A stretch of 64,000 bases of DNA from Pavona decussata (taxonomy: Eukaryota), in contig CDRNST010000104.1 in assembly GCA_977016875.1 (NCBI GenBank), positions 5,084,001 to 5,148,000 on the forward strand. Direction: 5' to 3'. This document shows, in pieces, positions 1 through 11,884 of this stretch. Positions within the stretch are counted from its first letter, which is position 1; each line of letters starts with the position of its first letter. Below the pieces are notes generated by a model. That model had not been told where the DNA came from and did no database searches. It was given only the letters and a program-made list of their open reading frames with translations. A program made the position numbers and the translations under genes.

Positions 1-868
1 AGGTTACGTAAAAGAGGAAATACAGTATTGTGTAAAATATTGCATATAAAAGTTTCTTGGTTTGGTGCACGTAGGCTCGCGGCTTGCCGGCCGATTTCTT
101 GTACAAACAAGGTGATTCTGAGAAACAAACAAAACGCACAAACAGGAAACGTTTTGGAAAAAATGTATAATTCATAAATATTTTCTGCAACAATATTTCC
201 GCATTCGTAATACAAATACTTAGCTTCTCACGAGCTATGAACTTCCTCGCCAACCCCAAGGAATTATTACGTTTATTATTTCATGAACCGAAAACATTAC
301 GTTTGTTACTAAGGAAGATACGGGCAACCACCTTGTGGAACAGGAAGTTAATCGCGTTGCTTGCATGAGTCCGTTGTGGAAATGAACACAGGCAATTATG
401 GCAGGACAGAAAATCTCAAATTTTTCTACGTTTAGGCTTGCTCTAAAATTACTTCACAATCATTCAGTCACTTTATATACTCCACTATGCATCTATTTTA
501 ACTAAAAGGGAATTTGATGAGTTCGGTAATCTAACTTTATTAATCAAGCACTCACGAAACAAAACGGAGATCGAACACAATCGAAGGTTCAATCAATTTA
601 GCGGAAATGGTCAAGGTTTGATTGATTTCAATTAGTCGAAATACGTATGGCATAGAATGGGATCGGAGTGCGGCCGAAGCAAGAGATTTGTTTGGGTTTA
701 GATTCAGTTCGATTACCGAACCCAATCGAACCCACTCAATCGCCTGAGTTCGTTTACCGAACGATTCGATTAGTCTACGTGCAACGTCATACCAGCCCTA
801 CGTGCTGATAGCAACGGCACAAGGCGTGTTGTATCCAGAATGCTTCAGTGTGAAAACTGGACTGCATG

Positions 869-1143
869 CCCAAGGGAGGGGGGGGGGGGGTGGTACTCTC
901 CTATAGAAGTTTATAGGTATTTGCGGTGTCAAAGGGTATGTGTTTTTTTAGCTGCTTTGGTCTAAAATAGGGTATAGATTATAACTGTTTTGGTCTGAAA
1001 GTCTGAAAATGGGTATGAATCTTAGAGGCCACTTCTGAAAAGGGTACCAAAAAAATTCTTGTTTTGGTCTGCAATAAGGTCAGGGTTTGGAGAACCGAGC
1101 CCCACAACTCACTAAAAATTCCGAAGAGTACCAACCCCGGGGG
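869..1143. mobile_element. MITE with CCC..(G)n..GTACTC / GAGTAC..CCCCGGG termini
   Basis: Imperfect terminal inverted repeats; internal repeated TTTGGTCTGAAA/GGGTA units. Confidence 0.65.
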
Positions 1144-2604
1144 TTACATGTCAGCCATTTTCGTACTATCAGTCCACAAACCCAAACTTACTCATGTTTC
1201 TATTAACGGCAACGGGATCCAGTTTTGCTTTAAATTACTTTGTGCACTGAAACTACCAACACGTGACTGATGTGCATTTGTCAAAGCTCTCGAAGAGCTT
1301 TTGGTCGCAAACAGTATTTTCTTATCCCGTTTCTACAGATTACCGGTTGTTCTTCGTGCAAACTAACTCAATGTGTTCTTAATCTTTAATAGAAAACTTT
1401 TGATGAATTTGCTTTCAAATTCAAGTGTCAACAATTTTATTTTTGGTAATGAGTGTCGTGCATGGAAAATAGTTTCTCGGGTCCGAAATCTTTTCGGGAG
1501 TTTGAGAAACGCACGCCAGGTCCGGGAGAGCAACTTGAAAAGTTACTAATCAAACCAACTTGTACACTGAGATCTTTCCTTTGAGACGTCTACTACCTAG
1601 ACAACGGACGTTCTTATCCTTTGAGTGTTGTAGAAGCATTCCATGTCTGAGTAAAAATACTGAATGACTCAGTTATAATTTTCTGGCACATTCCAATATA
1701 AAAACAACAAAGCCTTTGCTATTGCCCCTTAAGGTCAAGACGCAATTGTTTTGTAATTATTTACGCAGGTTATTACGAAATGGCTATGACGGTCTTCGCG
1801 GAAGTTTTGCGAATGATATGCGGCATGTATCGTACGTGAGCATTACAGGAGCGGAACATGAACTTCCTCGATTCGTGATGTTCTCTGCCTGTCGTCTGTC
1901 TCTGTTTATTTTACGTTTTTCTTTCATTAAAGGCAATTATTTTGTCACATAAATCATCTTTATTTTCATGTATTGGGATAACCATCTAATGAGAATATTA
2001 TTTCATACAAATACTCCGTACTGACTTCCATTTGTGTGTTATACAACTTATGTAAACGATAGAAACCGAGTAAAAAAAAAATGAAGAATATTTAAGATGC
2101 AAGGCAACAAAGCAAAATGTTATTAATATTCACTTGGAACCAGAAATAAGCGGAGTCGGTACTGGGTGCTATTAATAAGGACGCAGAGATTCATCTGCTG
2201 GCTATTAATTGCAATTGGCCGGAGGAAGATTCCGTGGATGAAAAATGGCCAGAACTGAGAAACGAAACACTGTTTTGTAACTGAAGGACAGAAGTCTTAC
2301 TTTCAGAGACTCCAGTAAGTCGTATTTCTCCTTTGGTGTCGCGTTCTTTTTCGTCCCATAATCTACTTGTTCAACTTAATTTAGTCTATTTTAGTTTGGA
2401 TAAGAAAAAAACTGTCGATCAGACTTCATGAACGTGTTATTACTGGACCCCCTTGAAGCTGATGGAAATTCAATGTTAAATTTGCTCCTTGAACCGGGAT
2501 CCAAATCTGACCGTTGTGGAAGTAAGTAACAGGAGCAGGCTTGGAAAGTGGAATAAATGACATAAATACACTTGACGATTTTTACGATGCATTCCCCTCA
2601 GGTT

Positions 2605-2733
2605 GTCGAAATGTCGGTAGACAAAGTCTTTGTCAGGACCATGTTCCCCCTGAAACTTCCATTCCCTTCTCAGATTGTCAAATTGCCAGTAGACAAAAGT
2701 TTTTTCAAGACCATGTACCCCCTGAAACTTTCA
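2605..2733 (+). repeat. Two-copy tandem duplication, ~72 bp unit
   Basis: GTAGACAAA..GACCATGT.CCCCCTGAAACTT occurs twice in succession. Confidence 0.75.
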
Positions 2734-3078
2734 ATCTTTAAACATGCAACGAGGAACAATCATCAACCCACTAACCATGAAACCAGAGGGTCGGTCTTTT
2801 TGGGTGTGTTGTCCTTTTAGTGGTTAGAAGATCTGAATTGTGGGGTTCAAGCCGTAACATGGTCAAAAGATTCATGTAATGAAAATTTGTCTGATCAACC
2901 TCTCTCTCATCAAGAAGAAAACAAAATAACATAAAATAAAATAAGACAGTGGAATCACGAAAAGTTGGCTGATATCATGCAGGCTGACGAATGAGCTAGG
3001 CGCTCCATCCCAAACAGTTCAACCCTTTTTTTTATCGTGACGAGCGCGAATGCTTGGATTATCAACAGAGTTTAAAAC

Positions 3079-3254
3079 TATAATGAACTCCCTTTATTGC
3101 GGACACCCTCGGAACCGCGAGTTAGTGTCCTTAATAGCGACAGTCTGTAATAGCGGGGGTTTATTTCAGTTAAACGTCTGTACTCTATTTTTGCCTGTGA
3201 TTTAGCTGCTGTGTCCGTACTATCGGTGTGTCCGCAAGGCGTGAGTTCACTGTA
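3079..3254. mobile_element. Tc1/mariner-type MITE
   Basis: TATAATGAACTC..TTGCGGACACC at left is the inverse of GTGTCCGCAA..GAGTTCACTGTA at right; TA at both ends. Confidence 0.7.
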
Positions 3255-4045
3255 AAGGGAAATTGGCCAACACTGGACACAGCACCACAGTTCCATTTTT
3301 CTCCTGACGATAACTTCAACAAGGACACTGTAAAATTTAAATCAAGGATGTTTTCGGTCATGTTCATATTTGTCAATTTGCGTCTAACCTCAGCGAACAG
3401 AATAGCTGTGGCAAAACTCCGGAAGACAAAAATCTGCAGCGTAGGAGGGGAGATGGAACTTACTGAAGGGAACCGGTTATGTCAATCAATTCAGTTCCAG
3501 AGAGCAAATATCAGAAGTTGTATCGTTACTAAGACGCCCCCATGCTTATGTGAACTGATTCACGCAGAGCACAGCAACCGTAACTTTCCAGCATCTTGCA
3601 AGCGATCTAATTTAAAATTCAGCTGATACATATTAATTTTTTGATCAGTATTAATCACATTTAACAACAAAAAAAACACTTGATCTTTTGATATTTGATT
3701 CGGCGAGTGAAGGAAAGCATATTTCTGGAGAAGGAAAAAGGTCAAGGACACCACGAAGTTTTATAAATTGACTCAACAAACGTAAGCAGCTTTTGTTTAG
3801 GTTAATCACAGGAAGGCCAAGGAAACAGGACCCAAACATCAGCACGCACTTGTGGGAAAAGTACTTCATTGCGCAGCAAATTAACCGTAGGTCATTATCA
3901 TGTTAATTCCGGAGTCTTATGCTTGAGCGAACCCTTTGTGACGAAGGTTCAAAGTCATTTAACTCTGTAAAAACTAGTCCAAAACATTCCACATACCTCT
4001 GAAGGCGAATCATTTCAAGTTGGCTCAAACACACAAAGGAGCAAC

Positions 4046-7000
4046 ATGGATGCTGATGCGAATCTTCAAGAACATTTGAAAAAATGTCGCTGGGTGCGTA
4101 TAAACTGGCTGTGGTCGAAAGTTGGAAGAGTGAACCTTGGTATATTTTTAAGGTTCAATCCGCTCGTTAGCTTGCTCTCGGCCTGTATCATCTGGGGTTT
4201 CGTGGCATGGTGTATGGTGAAGTCAGATGCTGCTAACGAAGAAATGGGAAAATGGAAGATCTGGATTACTGAGAAGTTCACTTGGATGTACATCGGTACA
4301 CAGGACATCTGGGCTGTGATTATCATCATGCTGTACTTCTCTAAGTATTCCAACATGAAGCTCGGACGAGACGATGAAGAACCTGAATTCAACGATGCGA
4401 CTTACTTCACGATGTTGTTTGCGGCTGGTATTGGCATCGGCCTTTTTTACTTCGGAGTTGGTAAGTTAGTTTCGAATTCTTTTATTGAGACGCAACCAGT
4501 ACAGACGATTGGGGGGGAAGTAGTTAAAAACGTGCGAGAGTCGCCTTACCATTCGAAAGTTTGGCGAAAAGGCAAACACCGAGTTTCGTTCGCGTTTATT
4601 TCCGTTCGAAAGTTATAATCTAAAGTTAACTTACAAATCGGCATGGTAACATTCCTATAATGTATTGCGGAACTTTCTTCTTTTCAACCTACGCAGTGCA
4701 GATTGTTAAAAGTCAGGACACGTTCTTTGAGGTTTGTTTCCTAACGCCTTGATCATGCCCTTGACCTTCTAGAACTAACGCTGATGTGTCCAATCGCATA
4801 CAAGTGAACACGACACAGCCGTTAGTTTGCAAAGTTTTTAAACGTAAAACACGCGACCTTGGTAATAAGTGATACACGTTCCCACCTTTCTTTGCTGAAC
4901 GTATAAAGTTTATCAATGTTTTGAATTCAAAGAGAAGATTTTGAAGGCCTCATGTGAAATTTTCAGTGTATGAATAATTTAACTACATGTAAAAAATCAT
5001 GCGTCTTGATCTAAAACTAACAAACCTTTGCTACGTGTCGCAAGACTTTACTTTACGAACTACGTAATGTTGGTGCAAATTTCCCGTGAAATCTTAGTTT
5101 GTTTGTTCCGTTCAAATATGCAAAGATTACTTTCTTTGTAAATACCGGACCGAAAAACGGATAACAAAATCAAACTTATTACGCCGCAAATGTTTGATTT
5201 CAGAACAAACTCTCTCACGCATGAAACTGACTGGGGCTACACGAAACCCAAGAACCTTCTAAATCTTTCCAGCCTCTCTGTGTGTATTTTACACGCCTCC
5301 TTGCGCAGAGTCAACTTAATTGATGACTTTTGTCGGTAAAAGTGCATCAATGGCCAATAGCCTGCTATTGTTTTGGTGGTAGCAAAGAAGACAACGGAAA
5401 TTTACTGAGCACAGAAATACACGATTGAAAACTGCAGTGTCATAAAAACTCATGATCGTTATTTCAGGTTAAGATTACAATCCGTTATGAATCATTGCCC
5501 GCGTTAAGTCAACATTTGCTCACTTCCAATTTGAGATAACGGATCACGTCTACTTTGGCACCTTGTGCCGGCGTCACGCTGATAAATAAGGTGCACAAAT
5601 CTTAACTTAGTAGGCCGCTTGACCAAAAGCAGGTAAAATTCTTTGAAAATCGCGGAAACATACATAACGTCTCTCATAAGAGACCTTAGTTGATTCTAGT
5701 CGGTGTCAATGCCGGTGGACCAAATACAACAATGTGACATTCGAAGAACAGCTATAGCCCCTGATATTTCTTGTGGTGATTAGTTTTGTTTTTCAATATG
5801 ATTTCGCAAAGCAAAACTTATAAAGATTCAAAATCCTTGGAAATAAGGCAAACTGACCACTAGAACGACTTGTCAGATGACAAGGAAGAGCGATCCAAGA
5901 TGGGTTTCGAAGTTGGACAATAATGTGTTACATTGTTGACATCACAGGAATTTTCGAATTTGGGATCATAGCACGGAGGCAATATCGTTTTCGTGCACGT
6001 AGCGTCTTTTCGTTATTTTCCAGCGGCGCTTACAAGAAGATCTTTCTTTGTTATAGTGAAGCTATTAATCAAAGACAAGGATAATACAGCCACCCAAATG
6101 GGAACGTAAACTAACCAACATTAACTTCCGATCTTAGTTCTAAGGTATACGTGAGCATTACATTGCGTATTAAGCACATGTCATCTTGGTAGAGGACCAA
6201 TATTAACTGCAGCCTTACGCAGCAATAAAAGCCTTCTTGTTGATAAAAATTGTTCAAGCGTTTCTTCTATGCCGCGGCATGCCATTATTTGCATACTGAT
6301 TGTATATGGAAGAATGTTTTTCCCTTTTGAGTTGACAAGAGTGGCAGATCTTTGTTTCAGTGAAGCATAAGGCATGATTCGCCATATTTCTCTGGTTTTA
6401 GCCACACTGATCAGCTGCAGGGTTTCCATTTGCGAGAAAAAAATTTCAGTCCGATCCAAGTTTTCTCACGACAAACTAATTCAGCGTCATTTGTTCTTTT
6501 TTTATCGCAACAAGGGGCAAGGCTTTGTTTGCCTGTTGCTTAACGACGCAGATTAATGACCATTAATAAGCGTCAATGAATCGTTTCATTTGTTTTGAAT
6601 TGTTGTTTAAGTTAGTATGCATGCAGCCGTTTTAATTCTTATCTGCTTCCCGCCCAGACACAGTCAACATGGACAGCTTTATTTAGGAAAAAAAAAAAGG
6701 GCGGCCCCTTTAGAGATCAAAGCAGCGGGAGCCCTCATAATTATAACATAATTATATCACAACAAAACTATAAAAACATATGGAAAGATTTCAGCACAGC
6801 CCCATACAGTTATTATACATGCATCACTGTCATACTAACCCTCTTACACAAAGAACGAGCATGAATAGAGTTTGAGCCGCAAAATGTACACACAATTAAT
6901 GTATGGGGCCCGGGCCGTGCGGAAATCTTGGCAAACTTATACCCGCTAACAGAAAAGGACTATATAAAAGGTTATTTTAACACTAGTCACAAAAGTATAT

Positions 7001-10000
7001 CGAAAAAACACAAAGCAATAGAAAATTAAAAACCATCAAACTTAAACCTACGGACACTATATATCAATTAGAGTAAAAAGAACGTTTGCAGTTTTGGAGC
7101 TAATCCTCAGTTAGTGAAGTAAGTTACCTCCAATTGCCTAGTTGTGCGAGATGAGGAGCATTTTCTTTTCCTTTTCCTGGAAAACATAAAATAACTACAG
7201 TGAACTCTCTCTCGGATGTAAATATTCGGCAGCATCCCTTTCTACATGAACACAAAAACACCGCTCGACAGTTGTCATTGTAAATGTAAATGTAAAAAAA
7301 ATGTAAATGTAATTTATTTACCCACAAAGCACCAAAGAGCTCGAGGAAATTGTTCAAAGGTGTCCGTGCTTTCCAGGTCGAATTGGAATTTGGAAATGTT
7401 GGTTTTTGTGGCGGCAGGAAAACCGGAGAACACGGTGAAAAACCCTCGGAGCAATGACGAGAACCAACAACAAACTCAACCCACATTTAACGCCGAGGCC
7501 GGGAATCGAACCCGGCCCACATTGATGGGAGGCAAGTGCTCTCAACACCGCTGCGCTATGCCTACTCCCCTGCTCTCATTCGTATTCGTGATCAAACGAA
7601 ACCACAAAAGAACTTTCAACCGATCGACTAAAGGCCAAGACGCTACTGTTTTGCAAACTGGTCTGTCACTAGTGAACTCTTGATCTTTCTCATTATAACT
7701 CTGTTCCATTCCTCTTTTCTTTTTTCAGCTGAGCCCATTTTCCATTACGCCCCAGGAAACTATGGCAATCGTTACTTCGCAAGGTAAGCTTGAATTTGAA
7801 TATTCGTTACACGCTTTGTTCAGTTTAAAAAAAGCCACATGAATATTTGGGCATCTTAAAAGAATTATATTTCACCGAACTTCTTCTTCCTTTAAGCGTA
7901 CGGGATAAAGGACAACGAACAATACACAGGCATTAAAAAAAAAGAGACTGCAGACGTACATAGAGGAGAAAGGATTGAGAATATGGAAAATTTTAAGATT
8001 GCCGGTTTCTTTGTCCACCAATTCCTGACTGAGTTGCCATTCTTCGTCAAGGCGCTAGCTACCTACCCATGTTTTGTAGAGCATTTTTAAAATCATTTAA
8101 TTTGTTGCAAAGTTCATTTTTAAAGAATCCATGTGGATTGATCACAAAATTGTTCTAAAAACTAGTAAGTTTTCAAGAAGCATAAACCATGACGAATGAC
8201 CAAGATTTCTTGTGTTTCCTTAAGGTTACCCTATACCTTCAGAGGTGTCTCGTGTTTAAGTGATGTAGCGCGTCCAGTTTAAATTGTAGATAACTAAACC
8301 CGTATATCAAATTAAAGCTTATAGAGCTGGCTATCAAACTATACCAAGAATTTTGAAATAGAATAAATCGTCAAATTTTTTCACGACCTCTAAATGCGAG
8401 CGTCCTAATCACCTTTTTAAAGCTACAAGTCAAACCGAATTTTGTTTTTCGCTAATTTAATTTGCTCCTCAGTTTCCGGACCCAAAGCGCTAAAAAACGT
8501 GTCTGCGTTTTCCCATATTCAACCTCAATGAAAAGTTATAGAGCATTTTCGAAATAGGATGAAAAAATGTGGAGTGATCGTACAAAAATCGCTCTGGGAG
8601 AAAAAATATTTCGAAAGAACAGTTCGCAGACACAGTTTTGTTGTTTATATGTTAAACTAGCTACTGTCCATATTTGAAGGCAAACGAACAAATTCCTTTT
8701 GAGTTTTAACTCTTTGAAGTGGCTCCTCCAAGTGAAAAAATTGAGTCGAGAAAACAGAGCTAAAAATTCTGCAATTCGTTTAAATTCAAAATTCTTGGTT
8801 TAGTTTGATAGCCAGCTCTATAAGCTTTAATTTGATATAAGAATTCAGGTATCTACAGTTTAAACTGGACGCACTACTGTACATCGCGTGGACGCGAGAC
8901 ACCTCTGAAGGACACATTTTGACCTACCCACGGATGCACACTCGTTTGCCGGGGATACCATGGTGTACTGGCAACTAGAAGATCCCAAATGATCCGTTAG
9001 ATCGGCGCTTAAATCCTTTTATCAAGATGAGTTTACCATGATTTAGGACATTTAAAGGCATAACCTTTTATTTTGACGTAGCAAGGGTTTCGTTTTGTGT
9101 TATCAGTGAGTCCGTCTTACAGCCATGTGGTTAAGAATGAGCCTGCAAAAGTTGAGATTAGTTTTCTTGCAAGAAGCGTACCCATCATCCACAGGGTGTA
9201 ATGAATAATCGTGAATTTGTCACGTTTTGAAGCGACCATGTTTGATACTGTTTGATACTATTTAGGTACACTGATAACCAGCTGGCCCAAGATGCCATGA
9301 ATCTGACTTTCTTCCATTGGGGTGTTCATGGATGGATTGTGTACGTAGTGGTCGGTCTACTCTTGGCTTTCGTGTGCTACAGGCAAGGCCTTCCCATGAC
9401 CGTCCGCTCCTGCTTTTACCCACTCATTGGAGACAAGATCTACGGATGGATGGGCGACGTCATCGACGTCCTCTCGGTCTGTGGTACCATGTTTGGGGTC
9501 TGCACCAGTCTTGGCTTGGGCGCCATACAGCTTAATACAGGTGACATATGGGGTTGGGGAATAGGGCCGAACCACGGTGCTATATACTGGAATGGCGTTC
9601 CTTTTTATCTTTAATCTATATCCGGATGCTGCCAACAAACTTTCTCCTTTTAGTTGGGTTCGTTTACAGACAAACCAACTTGATATAAAAACGTTTCTTA
9701 GCCAAGAAGTTCGTGATACAAACATGCCTACAGACATCGAACCCATAAGAGAACAGCCGATTCCAACAGAATAATAAATTTGGACAGACGGTTTTTCGTG
9801 TCCTAAAAAGCGAGTATGTTAATTGTTGCAGGGTAATAATTACTCCTTTCCCTAAAATCTACCACTGAGATTAATCCTTTCCCTAAAAAATTTATATAGC
9901 AGAACAAAATTTTGCGGCCTGTTGATGAACTGACTTCGTAAAAGGAATTTTGAAATTGAAGCTAGGAGTACTTTTCATGGAAATGTTTATTATACTGTAT

Positions 10001-11884
10001 GCCGGGTGGTATTATTGAACTTTCTATGCTTGGATTAAATCCTGAAGGCTCATTTCTTTGGAGCTCTTTATTATACTGTTAGCAAGGTGGTTTTAAATTT
10101 TGTGTTAGGATGAAATCTTCAAGTGTGACAATTCAAATGAAAGTTATAGACTAAGGAACAACCAGTCACTCATAGGTAGCGGAGAGCGTTGTCTTCTCCG
10201 CATTACCTACGGATAGAATAAACCTATTTCTTTCTTTGCAACGTTTGAGAAAGGTTGGAACATAGGCTCTTATCAACAGTTGCTTGACCCGGATCATTTT
10301 CAACATTTACTTTAATTAAGACACAATTCTATTGCCTTTCCTTGTCATTAGCATTAGTAATGCATGTACCCCCGTAATATTTAATTGATATTCCTTTATG
10401 GCACAGGTATCCATCGCCTGAACAAGGATATTGAGGTCTCCACCACCAATCAAATCATCATCATCTGGTGCGTGACTGCCTGCGCTACCGTATCTGTGAT
10501 CACTGGACTCAAGCTTGGAATTCGACGACTAAGCGAGATCTGCTTTTCAATTGGCATGCTTCTCATGCTTGTTGTGTTCTTCTATGACGATACCTGGTTC
10601 CTATTGAACTTGTACGTACAGAGTTTTGGTTACTATATTCAGTGGATCATACAGCTTGGTTTCCACACGGACGCCTTCGCACAAATGGGCAATTCTCAGG
10701 ATAAAAAGGAAGTGATCAACTGGATGAATGACTGGACCATCTTCTACTGGGGATGGTGGATTGCTTGGAGCCCTTTTGTAGGAATGTTTATTGCCAAAAT
10801 TTCCCGTGGTCGCACCATCAAGCAGTTTATTAACGCCACAATGACGGCTCCCATTGTCTATTCTTTCATGTGGCTGACGATCTTCGGTGGAGCGGGAATC
10901 AGAATGGAGCGTTTGGCATTCCACGCCAACGTCACCTGCGACTCTATTCTCGGAGGGAAGACGTCCACTGAAGGCTTTCACAAATTGTACCGTCTGTCCT
11001 GCCGCAGTAAGGATGATATGTGGTTTGATGTCGTGGAGCAGTATGGCGACATTGGCTCAGTCCTGTCCGTCATATCCCTGTGTGGCATCATACTTTACTT
11101 TGTCACCAGTTCTGACAGTGGATCTCTAGTCATAGACTGCCTCTCTGCAAATGGTGATCCAGACCCCCCAATCCTTCAGCGTGTATTCTGGGCGCTGACA
11201 GAAGGAGCCACCGCCACGGCCCTGTTGTTTGCCGGAGGTCCCAAGGCGCTAACAGCTCTACAGACGGTGTCCATAGCAGCAGGCGTCCCTTACACCATAC
11301 TTCTGTGCTTCATGTGCATTGCATTATGGCGTGCTGTCCATATGGAAGCTGGCGTCCTTGACCCTAATGGACCAGCTTTCAGCGTTGATCTTCTAGAGGT
11401 TGTCAGCAACCCGACTTGTCAATCCGTGGGGAAGGTTATCATTGCAATATTCTTCCCATGGTATCCCCTGGGAATGGCTGCTTGGAGGCTCAACAACTCC
11501 AAAGGAAGTAAAGTGTCCTACATGCTGACCCTGGCCGTCCCATTCTACTTGTGGGTCCTCGGTATGGCCTTAGAACCAGCTGTCGAGGGCTTGAGTTACC
11601 TGGCCTGGACAGTGCTGTTCGCATTTTTCGCGTATGGCACTGCGATCCGCATCGGCATCCGCGAAAAGTATGGCATCAATGGCAACATGGTGGAAGACTT
11701 CTTCGCTGTGATGTTACTGTACCCTTTTGCCGCCTACCAAATGGATCACTACATGGATAATCCTCCCTACCCTCCCCTGTATGACACCCAGAACGTCGAC
11801 GGCTACGGTAACGGAAAGGGCGTGGCCTACGAGAACAAGGGTGTTGATGACGTCCCACTCCAGAAAATAGACACTGCATTTTAA
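4046..11884 (+). CDS. BCCT-family (BetP/OpuD-like) glycine betaine transporter, 4 coding exons, with C-terminal PLAC8-like extension; 740 aa
   Basis: Exons 4046-4460, 7729-7783, 9266-9540, 10407-11884 all have GT-AG boundaries with compatible phases (1,2,1) and total 2223 nt. BCCT motifs: TM3 MLFAAGIGIGLFYFGVAEP, TM4 FHWGVHGWIVY, TM8 signature WTIFYWGWWIAWSPFVGMFIAKISRGRT, TM10 YFVTSSDSG. Start context gcaacATGg. Confidence 0.93.
7279..7573 (-). mobile_element. tRNA-derived SINE, near full length, in BCCT intron 1
   Basis: Minus strand has A-box-like TAGCGCAGCGG, B-box GGTTCGATTCC, body TGTGGGTTGAGTTTGTTGTTGGTTCTC and a (TTTACA)n tail. A related fragment lies at ~13110-13255. Confidence 0.8.
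8236..8911. mobile_element. Non-autonomous DNA transposon with ~120 bp TIRs, in BCCT intron 2
   Basis: CCTTCAGAGGTGTCTCG...TATCAAATTAAAGCTTATAGAGCTGGCTATCAAACTA..CCAAGAATTTTGAA is mirrored at ~8785-8911. No clear TSD. Confidence 0.85.

Noticed and set aside
1833-6162. Identical 15-mer TACGTGAGCATTACA (contains an RCGTG hypoxia core) at 1833 and 6148
   Set aside because: A single 15-mer match is expected by chance in a window of this size; no other support.
4046-11884. Bacterial contamination as the source of the BCCT
   Set aside because: Spliceosomal introns containing host repeats and continuity with metazoan genes.
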